Shown here in pieces: positions 46,602-53,617 of a stretch of 53,617 bases of DNA (its first letter is position 1; the number at the start of each line of letters is the position of its first letter). The translations under genes and the position numbers were made by a program. The notes under the pieces were generated by a model, which was not told where the DNA came from, ran no database searches, and worked only from the letters and a program-made list of their open reading frames with translations. This stretch comes from Gemmatimonadota bacterium (lineage in GTDB: Bacteria; Gemmatimonadota; Gemmatimonadetes; Palauibacterales; KS3-K002), in assembly GCA_039586795.1 (NCBI GenBank), contig JBDHJS010000023.1, positions 1 through 53,617 on the forward strand, in the 5' to 3' direction.

Positions 46602-47744
46602 ATGGAAGCTAGGGATATATCGACCGCGCGCGCCTGGGTCGATGTCGATCTCGGCGCGCTAGTTTCAAATTACGACACACTCCTGGCCCGAGCCAAGCCA
46701 AGGGTTGGCGTCTTGCCCGTGGTCAAGGCCGACGGGTACGGCCTCGGCATGTGTCCCGTCGTCAGGGCGCTCGAATCCCGGGAGCCCTGGGGATACGGCG
46801 TAGCGGCCTTTTCGGAAGGGATCGAGCTGCGGGAGAAGGGGATAGCCGAGCCGGTGGTCCACTTCTTCTGCACCCCGGAAGAGATGGAGGCCGTGGCCGA
46901 GGCGTCCATTTCCCCTGGCATAGGTGATTTCGAGGCGCTCGAGCGCTGGCGATCGCTGGCCCGGACGGTCGAGCGCAAGCTCCCATTCCATCTCGAGATC
47001 GATACCGGAATCGGCCGCTGCGGATTCATACACGACGCGCTGGGCCAGTGGCTACCGGCGGTGCTGGAGGCCTGCGAAGCTGATTTGCGGTGGGAAGGAA
47101 CGTTCACGCACTTCCACTCGGCGGATTTCGAGGAAGCCGAGCCGACCCGTGAACAGTGGGAACGCTTCCAGGCGTGTATCGCAGAGTTCCCCGACGGCAC
47201 AGGCGGCCTGATCCACACGTCAGCGAGCGTGGCAGGCACACGTTGGCCCGAGTATGCTTCAGACCTGTTGCGGCCCGGGCTATTCTTGTATGGAGCATCC
47301 GCCGGTGCGGAGACGGTGCAGCCGCGGCCGGTAGCTACCGTACGATCTCGAGTCGCCACGGTGCGTGAGGTCCCCGCAGGTTGGACGGCGAGCTACGGCG
47401 CGACGCATCGAGCGGAGCGACCCTCTCGCTGGGCGACGTTGTCTATCGGCTACGCGGACGGTCTGCGCCGCGAGTTATCGAACAACGGATTCGCGGATTT
47501 TGAAGGACGGACTGCGCCGATCATCGGACGCGTCTGCATGGATGTGACGGTCGTCGATGTGACGGACCTGCCAGAGGTGAAGGCGGGCGATGTGGCGACG
47601 CTGATCGGCGGACCCGCGGATTCAGCCACTGGATTGACTACAATCGCCGAACGGTGTGGTACCATCACGTATGAGATCCTAACGGGCCTCAGCAAGCGAC
47701 TGCCGCGGCGCTATCTGAACAAAGAAGGTCTGGCGCCGAGCTAG
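46602..47744 (+). CDS. alr: Alanine racemase
   Basis: VVKADGYG (PLP Lys), IDTGIGR.G, FTHF, LRPGLFLYG, SYG, GYADG, GRVCMD, YEILT. Confidence 0.93.
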   Translation: MEARDISTARAWVDVDLGALVSNYDTLLARAKPRVGVLPVVKADGYGLGMCPVVRALESREPWGYGVAAFSEGIELREKGIAEPVVHFFCTPEEMEAVAEASISPGIGDFEALERWRSLARTVERKLPFHLEIDTGIGRCGFIHDALGQWLPAVLEACEADLRWEGTFTHFHSADFEEAEPTREQWERFQACIAEFPDGTGGLIHTSASVAGTRWPEYASDLLRPGLFLYGASAGAETVQPRPVATVRSRVATVREVPAGWTASYGATHRAERPSRWATLSIGYADGLRRELSNNGFADFEGRTAPIIGRVCMDVTVVDVTDLPEVKAGDVATLIGGPADSATGLTTIAERCGTITYEILTGLSKRLPRRYLNKEGLAPS

Positions 47745-47776
47745 CCGTTCCGAAATGTGAATCGAGCAAGAACCGA

Positions 47777-48130
47777 ATGAACGAACAGACGATACCTCCA
47801 GTAGATTTCAAGGGACTGATTACCAGTCTGGCCACCTCGGCTGTGATGGTGCTGGGCCAGGTCGAGGCGATACAGGAAACGGGTCAGGTGCCGGGCGAAG
47901 AGGGTGCGGACCTATCGGCGGATGATCTGGAGAAGCGCGTGAGCGACGGTCTTCAAGGGGCACGCCAGTTGATCGACACGCTTGCGGTTTTGGAAGAGAA
48001 GACAGAAGGGAACTTGGACGGCGAGGAGCAAGAGCTGCTGCAGACAGCGTTGTCCGAGCTTCGCATTCGCTTCGTTACGCTCTCGAGCCGCCCCTCCGAC
48101 GGAAGCGACGCGCCGGGAGAAGCCGGGTGA
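47777..48130 (+). CDS. DUF1844 family protein
   Basis: F..LITSLATSA...LG and ARQLIDTLAVLEEKTEGNL..EE..LL...L.ELR.RFV. Confidence 0.8.
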   Translation: MNEQTIPPVDFKGLITSLATSAVMVLGQVEAIQETGQVPGEEGADLSADDLEKRVSDGLQGARQLIDTLAVLEEKTEGNLDGEEQELLQTALSELRIRFVTLSSRPSDGSDAPGEAG

Positions 48131-49431
48131 AGACCCGCCTCCTGGTTGCGACCGTACTTGCCGTCGTAGCCTTCGCGGCATGCGAACGCGGTGGCGAGAT
48201 CATCACCGAGCCTGGACAGGCTCCCGGCGTAGCGGCGCCCACCTACGAAGTGGTGCTGAACCCGACACGAGTCAACGCCTGGATCGATTCATCGTTCATC
48301 GGCTTTACCAACCCATCGAACGCGACGTTCTTGCGGTCGGAGGAAACCGATCTGCTCTCCAGCCGTGGGCTGGTGAGGTTCGGCTTCATCGGAGATTCGC
48401 TCCTCCTGGGCGATACAGTCATCGCGACGATCCGCTTCGATTCGGCTCGCGTCATCTTCGACGTGGATAGCGCGCGCACCGTTCTGGCCTCCGGTGGCAC
48501 CACGCTGCAGTTGTTCAGCATCACGGAGGAATGGGATAGGGGGACGGCCAACTGGCAGATGGCCATCGACAGCGTGGGCATTCAGGTGCCCTGGACCGAT
48601 GGTCCGGGTGGCTCGTACGGCGTTCTGATGGGCGATTCGCTGATGACGTGGGAAGCGCAAACATCTGCGGGCAGCGACAGCATCGTGATTTGGCTCGACA
48701 ATGTCGACACCGATTCGCTTCTCAGGGCGTGGCTCGATACGGCTCAATCCAACGACGGCCTTGGCGTATTGGTCGGCGATTCAGGGAGTGCGACCCTGTC
48801 GCTGCCTCGCATCCGCTACAACGTCGTACCGGAGACCGATCCGGATACGTCCCTAGAAGTGTCTCTGTTCGCTACCGACGGAACGTTCATCTTCGACCGC
48901 ACGGCCGAGGGGTCACCGGCTGGGATCATGCGCGTGGGCGGAGTCGACGGCTGGCGGTCATTCTTGGAAGTGGAAGTGCCCGATACAGTCACAGTCGTGG
49001 GCGTTGGCAGGGTGCCGCTGCGCGGATCGTCCATCAGCAAAGCTCAGCTATTCATCACTAGCTTGGGACCACCAGATCCCCCGTTCGCCGCGGATCAGGC
49101 GTTCTTCATCACCGGGTACGACCTGGTGGATGACTTCACGGTTCTGGGCGCAAAGACGCCGGTTGGCCCACAGCTGATTGGAAGCGACATTCAATTGAAC
49201 CCTGAGTCGATGGCAGCTGGTGACACACTGGCCGTCAACTTCACGGCACGGATGCAGCGTTGGTCCGACGGGCCGGTAGGCTCTACCGAGCCGCTTCGCC
49301 TCTCGATTCGGGCGATCCCGGAGGCGACCACGTTCGGCTTCTGGGAGTTCGGCGCCGCCGATGGAGACCAGCAGTCGTGGCCGGTAATTCGGGTCGTGTT
49401 CACGTTGCCGACTGAGTTCATCCTACCATGA
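48127..49431 (+). CDS. Hypothetical lipoprotein, beta-rich and acidic
   Basis: MKTRLLVATVLAVVAFAA-C lipobox; 434 aa; coupled to both neighbours by 4-nt overlaps. Confidence 0.7.
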   Translation: MKTRLLVATVLAVVAFAACERGGEIITEPGQAPGVAAPTYEVVLNPTRVNAWIDSSFIGFTNPSNATFLRSEETDLLSSRGLVRFGFIGDSLLLGDTVIATIRFDSARVIFDVDSARTVLASGGTTLQLFSITEEWDRGTANWQMAIDSVGIQVPWTDGPGGSYGVLMGDSLMTWEAQTSAGSDSIVIWLDNVDTDSLLRAWLDTAQSNDGLGVLVGDSGSATLSLPRIRYNVVPETDPDTSLEVSLFATDGTFIFDRTAEGSPAGIMRVGGVDGWRSFLEVEVPDTVTVVGVGRVPLRGSSISKAQLFITSLGPPDPPFAADQAFFITGYDLVDDFTVLGAKTPVGPQLIGSDIQLNPESMAAGDTLAVNFTARMQRWSDGPVGSTEPLRLSIRAIPEATTFGFWEFGAADGDQQSWPVIRVVFTLPTEFILP

Positions 49432-50594
49432 TCCGCTCGACCCGACTCGGTGCTCTGTTGGTCATCGCGCTTGCTGTGCCTGGCGCTGCCGCGGCGCAGT
49501 CCGATGAGGTTAGGATCATCGGCAATGTGGGCCTGGGCCGACCGGCGCCGCCGATCGATGCGCGCGCGCGTGGAATGGGCGGCGCGGCAACCACGATGCA
49601 CGGCGTGAATCTCTCGATGATCAACCCCGCGTCCACGATCAGCATCCTGGTGCCGGGCGTCTGGATCGCTTTCTCGGGTGAGTCACGAGAGGTGGATGGT
49701 ACCGTTGCGCAAGGGGAGATCAACACCGCTGAGTTCCCACTGGTCCGCATGGTCATCCCGTTCGAGAATCGACATGCCGTGGGTGTGGGCTTCGGCAGCT
49801 ATTTGAATCAGGACTGGCGAGTTCAGTTCTTTGATACGCTGCAGCTGGTCACGGGGCCTGTCGCGTTCCGTGAGACCCGAGAATCCGAAGGTGGCGTCGG
49901 GCAGTTTCGGCTCGACTTCGCAACGCGACTCTCCCGCGAGTGGACGCTTGGTATCGGTGGCATCTACTACTTCGGCAAGTCAGGTCAATCTGTCGAGCGG
50001 GAATTCGAGACCTCGGCTGGATTCTCTCCCTACGAGGCGCAGGACGCTATCAAGTACTCGGGACTCGGGATGTCAGTGGGAGCCGAGTGGCGACCGATTC
50101 CGGAGATGATCTTTGGCGCGACGGGGAATTGGGGCTTGGGTCTCAACGTCAAGTCGGATAGCACCGGCGCTGAAAAGGAATTCGATCAACCTCTGGCTCT
50201 CGACCTCGGCGCCTCGTGGCAGCTGACGCCCGATTTCGTGCTCGCTTTCGCCGCGGGATGGACCAACTGGTCGACCATTTCGGACGACCTTCCCCGGCCG
50301 GGGTCGGCAGACCACTGGCGGTTCAACCTGGGTACCGAACTCAGGGTTCTCGGCAACGAGAACACCCGCGTCCTCGCCCGCGTGGGCGGCCGCCTGGCTC
50401 AGTTGCCGTTCAAGCTGAGGCGCGGACCGCCCTGGGAGAGAGCTCTCACGCTTGGCGTTGGCACGATGTTTCGGGCGGGTCTCGGACGTTTCGATATCGC
50501 GTTCGAGGTCGGTAAGCGCGGTCAGAAGGACACCAACGAGATCGAGGAGAACTTCACCCGCTGGACCTTCACCCTGGCAGTATTCACTCGCTGA
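49428..50594 (+). CDS. Outer-membrane beta-barrel protein (FadL/PorV-like N-terminal plug motif)
   Basis: Signal peptide; ARARGMGGA...INPA motif; alternating amphipathic strands; C-terminal strand WTFTLAVF. Confidence 0.7.
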   Translation: MIRSTRLGALLVIALAVPGAAAAQSDEVRIIGNVGLGRPAPPIDARARGMGGAATTMHGVNLSMINPASTISILVPGVWIAFSGESREVDGTVAQGEINTAEFPLVRMVIPFENRHAVGVGFGSYLNQDWRVQFFDTLQLVTGPVAFRETRESEGGVGQFRLDFATRLSREWTLGIGGIYYFGKSGQSVEREFETSAGFSPYEAQDAIKYSGLGMSVGAEWRPIPEMIFGATGNWGLGLNVKSDSTGAEKEFDQPLALDLGASWQLTPDFVLAFAAGWTNWSTISDDLPRPGSADHWRFNLGTELRVLGNENTRVLARVGGRLAQLPFKLRRGPPWERALTLGVGTMFRAGLGRFDIAFEVGKRGQKDTNEIEENFTRWTFTLAVFTR

Positions 50595-50595
50595 C

Positions 50596-51894
50596 ATGAT
50601 CTCCAACACGGAGACCCCGCGCCCGCGGCGCATTTATTTCCATACGTTCGGCTGCCGCGCCAATCAGTACGACACGGAGCGCATGCGCCAACTGCTGGAG
50701 CTCCGCGGATGCGAAAAGGTGGAGAGTCTCGCCGATGCTGACGCCGTGGTCGTGAACAGCTGCACGGTGACTCAGGGCGCCGATACGGAGCTACGCCGGT
50801 ACGTGCGCGCCGTGGCCCGGCGCGCTGGCCGGGAGTTGCCCGTCGTCGTTGCCGGGTGTGCGACCGCCGTTGCTGGCGAAGCGATCAGCGGGTTGGACGG
50901 GGTGAGCGCCGCCGTACCGGGTCAGGATCCTGAGGCTGTGGCCACGAGCCTCGGCGTCTTCCCGCAAGATGGCTCCGAGGCGGACGCGACCGTCCTCGAC
51001 CGGGCGGCACGCGGTACGCGAGCCTGGCTGAAAGTCCAGGACGGCTGCGACCTGAATTGCTCCTACTGTATCATTCGCGTCGCCCGCGGCCGCAATCGAT
51101 CGCGTACGGAGCAGGAGATCGTTGCTGAGGCCACTCAGCTATCCCGCCATCACCCCGAGATCTCGCTCACCGGCATCCATATCGGACTCTACGGTAAGGA
51201 TCGCAAGCCGCGGACGTCGATTGCCCGACTGGTGAACTCGCTGCTCGAACGCGTTCCCGATGTGCGCTTTCGGATCGGCTCCCTCGAGTGCAGCCAGCTT
51301 GATGATGAAGTGATCCGTTTGATGGAGAGCAGCGAAGGTCGACTGGCGCCCCATCTGCACGTTCCGTTGCAGAGCGGCAGCGACCGGATTCTCCGCTCGA
51401 TGCGTCGCGCCTATCTGAGCGGCCGCTACAGAGACCGCGTCGAGCGGCTCGCGGAGCGCGTCTGGCCCTTGGGCCTCGGCACGGATGTGATCGTCGGTTT
51501 CCCCGGCGAGCGGGGCGCGGACCACGAAAGAACAGTCGCATTGATCGAGTCGCTTCCATTCACGTACGTGCATGTGTTTCCGTACTCGGTCCGAAACGAT
51601 ACCGACGCCCAGCAACTGCCGGACGCCGTTCCGCACCGCATCAAAGCGGAGCGATCGCGGGAGATTCGTGATCTGGTATCGGGCAAGGCTCGGGTCTATC
51701 GAGAGCGTCGAATCGGAACGGCCGCTCACGTCGTATTGGAAGGCGATGACGATGAGGTGGCCGTGACCGGCGACTACCTCAAGGTCGGGGCGTTGGCTAG
51801 TTTACAGGCAAACGGTCGTCGTCTGCAGCGCGCCCGCATCGAGTCAGGCGCGAACGGCGACCTCGTGGCGGTACCCGCTAACGGATTGTCCTGA
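50596..51894 (+). CDS. mtaB: tRNA t6A37 methylthiotransferase MtaB
   Basis: TFGCRANQYDT, VNSCTVT, LKVQDGCDLNCSYC (radical SAM), LTGIHIG.YG, HVPLQSG, HVFPYS.R. Confidence 0.85.
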   Translation: MISNTETPRPRRIYFHTFGCRANQYDTERMRQLLELRGCEKVESLADADAVVVNSCTVTQGADTELRRYVRAVARRAGRELPVVVAGCATAVAGEAISGLDGVSAAVPGQDPEAVATSLGVFPQDGSEADATVLDRAARGTRAWLKVQDGCDLNCSYCIIRVARGRNRSRTEQEIVAEATQLSRHHPEISLTGIHIGLYGKDRKPRTSIARLVNSLLERVPDVRFRIGSLECSQLDDEVIRLMESSEGRLAPHLHVPLQSGSDRILRSMRRAYLSGRYRDRVERLAERVWPLGLGTDVIVGFPGERGADHERTVALIESLPFTYVHVFPYSVRNDTDAQQLPDAVPHRIKAERSREIRDLVSGKARVYRERRIGTAAHVVLEGDDDEVAVTGDYLKVGALASLQANGRRLQRARIESGANGDLVAVPANGLS

Positions 51895-51896
51895 GG

Positions 51897-53210
51897 ATGG
51901 CAAAGAAGTTCTGGGTCGAGACCTACGGTTGCCAGATGAACGTGGCCGACAGCGAACTCATGGAGGGCGTGCTGTCGACCAACGGCTACGCGCCGGTCGC
52001 GTCGCCGGATGAGGCCGACGTGATCCTGGTCAACACCTGCGCCATCCGCGAGCACGCCGAACAACGCGTGCTGGGCCGCGTCGCCGAATTGAATCGCTAC
52101 AAGAAGGCGCGCCCTGACACGGTCATCGGCGTATGCGGTTGTATGGCGCAACGACTGGGTAGTCGTCTCATCGAACGGGCCCAGTATGTCGACATGGTCA
52201 TCGGCCCCGACGCCTATCGCTCGCTGCCACAGCTGATCGAACAGGCGACGGCAGCCAGCGCTGGCATCGTCGATGTCGACCTCAAGCCTTCGGAGAACTA
52301 CGAAGGGCTGGAGATCCAGAGGAAGTCGCAGGTCTCCGCCTGGATTCCCGTACAGCGCGGCTGCAACTACCGCTGCACTTTTTGCATTGTTCCCTATACG
52401 AGGGGCGACGAAAAGAACCGGGAGCCTCACGCGATCCTGAAGGAGGTCGAGGCGCTTGCTGGGGACGGCATCACCGAGTTCACCTTGCTGGGCCAGACCG
52501 TCAACTCATACGAGTTCGAGGACTGGGACTTCCCGCGCCTTTTGCGCGCCGTAGCCCACCTTCCCGGCGTACGCCGTGTGCGGTTCACTTCTCCGCACCC
52601 TAATGACCTGAATCAGCAGTTGGCCGAGGTGATGGCCGAGGAAGACGCGGTTTGCCCGCAAATGCATCTGCCGGTGCAATCGGGCTCCGACCGCGTGCTC
52701 AAGCGTATGGCTCGGCGATACACCCGCGAGGAGTACCTGGCAAAGGTCGAGATGCTGCGAGACCGGGTTCCCGCGATAGCCCTCAGCACGGATATCATCG
52801 TCGGCTTTCCGGGCGAAGGTGATGATGATTTCGAGGACACCTTGAGTCTGGTCCGAGAGGTCCGCTACGACGACGCGTTCACCTTCCGCTACTCGCCCCG
52901 TGAGAACACGCCTTCGACGCGGATGCAGGAAGAATCGTTCGTCGAGGATGACGTCGCTCAGACTCGGCTCGAGCGACTCATCGAGCTTGTCCGTTCCATC
53001 GCCGCCGAAAGAAACCTCGCCGAGGTGGGCAAGACCGTGGAAGTCCTTGTCGAGAAGCGTGCGCGCCGCGGAGAATTGCTGCAGGCGCGTACCGATACAA
53101 ACAAGGTCGTTCTGGTTCCTGGCCCGGAAGAGTGGATCGGTCGCTACCTGAGGGTGGCGCTGACCGGGACGAGCGGGGCGACGTTCACCGGCTTTCCCAT
53201 CGACTCATGA
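51897..53210 (+). CDS. miaB: tRNA i6A37 methylthiotransferase MiaB
   Basis: TYGCQMNVADSE, NTCAIRE.AE, GCNYRCTFCIVPYTRG, LLGQTVN, FTSPHP, HLPVQSGS, C-terminal TRAM domain. Confidence 0.95.
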   Translation: MAKKFWVETYGCQMNVADSELMEGVLSTNGYAPVASPDEADVILVNTCAIREHAEQRVLGRVAELNRYKKARPDTVIGVCGCMAQRLGSRLIERAQYVDMVIGPDAYRSLPQLIEQATAASAGIVDVDLKPSENYEGLEIQRKSQVSAWIPVQRGCNYRCTFCIVPYTRGDEKNREPHAILKEVEALAGDGITEFTLLGQTVNSYEFEDWDFPRLLRAVAHLPGVRRVRFTSPHPNDLNQQLAEVMAEEDAVCPQMHLPVQSGSDRVLKRMARRYTREEYLAKVEMLRDRVPAIALSTDIIVGFPGEGDDDFEDTLSLVREVRYDDAFTFRYSPRENTPSTRMQEESFVEDDVAQTRLERLIELVRSIAAERNLAEVGKTVEVLVEKRARRGELLQARTDTNKVVLVPGPEEWIGRYLRVALTGTSGATFTGFPIDS

Positions 53211-53533
53211 GCAAGCGCGGAATCTTGACGAGGCTGGCAGGCGGCCTGCTGATCGTGGTTGCACTCAGCTGGTTCGCCTACGTGAATTCCAGTCAGACGG
53301 TGGATCTCAATTTCGGATTGTTCGCCATCCACGCAGTTTCGCTTTCCATCGTCATCTACGGCGCCATCGTCCTGGGCATGGTCTTCATGTTGGCGGCCAG
53401 CCTGCGCCGTGATATGGCCACCGACAAGGCGCTCAAGCGTTACGATCAGATCGCTGCGGACGTCCTTCGCGATATCGAAGATCCGGCGGAGGAGAGGGAA
53501 GAGGTGTTGGAGGAGACCGGGGAGAAGGCCTGA
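53207..53533 (+). CDS. LapA (DUF1049) family membrane protein
   Basis: TM-FAYVNSSQTVDLNFG-TM followed by a coiled-coil/acidic tail; ATGA overlap with miaB. Confidence 0.7.
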   Translation: MSKRGILTRLAGGLLIVVALSWFAYVNSSQTVDLNFGLFAIHAVSLSIVIYGAIVLGMVFMLAASLRRDMATDKALKRYDQIAADVLRDIEDPAEEREEVLEETGEKA

Positions 53534-53617
53534 CGCACCGCATCACCAAAGCACTCAGGTACGTTTTCTGGCTCGCCTGTTTGACGCTGATCGCGTTGAT
53601 GATCTGGCTGACGCGCG
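53530..53617 (+). CDS. Probable next membrane-protein gene (3' truncated), possibly CTG start
   Basis: CTGA overlap with the upstream stop, GGAG/GAAGG upstream; reads LTHRITKALRYVFWLACLTLIALMIWLTR (basic region plus TM). Confidence 0.4.
   Translation, partial: MTHRITKALRYVFWLACLTLIALMIWLTR

Overview
GC-rich bacterial chromosomal window, almost entirely coding and mostly on the + strand. Gene content suggests a Gemmatimonadota-like diderm (inference, not checked). (1) 1-14864: a tightly coupled 14-gene chemosensory/polarity operon: cheY (5' truncated), cheA without P2, cheC, a 906-aa TPR protein, DUF4388-TPR, TPR-Roadblock, Roadblock, mglB, mglA, a DnaA-family AAA+ protein lacking the DNA-binding domain, DUF4388-MshEN-TPR, cheR, cheD, cheB and a tandem cheW. 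(2) 14865-18240: HExxH peptidase, small membrane protein, tRNA-Val(TAC), secreted TPR protein, terminator. (3) 18337-36871: dcw cluster (mraZ to ftsZ, no ddl) with MraZ boxes, a structured ~300-nt mraZ-rsmH spacer and a trailing M23 peptidase. (4) 36993-53617: housekeeping and envelope genes (recG, PQQ-like propeller lipoprotein, asnS, cls, mazG, alr, DUF1844, lipoprotein + beta-barrel, mtaB, miaB, lapA). The best candidate for an undescribed system is the polarity module nested inside the Che operon: MglA/MglB, extra Roadblocks, TPR scaffolds, a repurposed DnaA-type ATPase and a probable c-di-GMP-binding (MshEN) protein. I saw no mobile elements, CRISPR arrays or rRNA. All family calls come from recognising motifs by eye; no searches were run.
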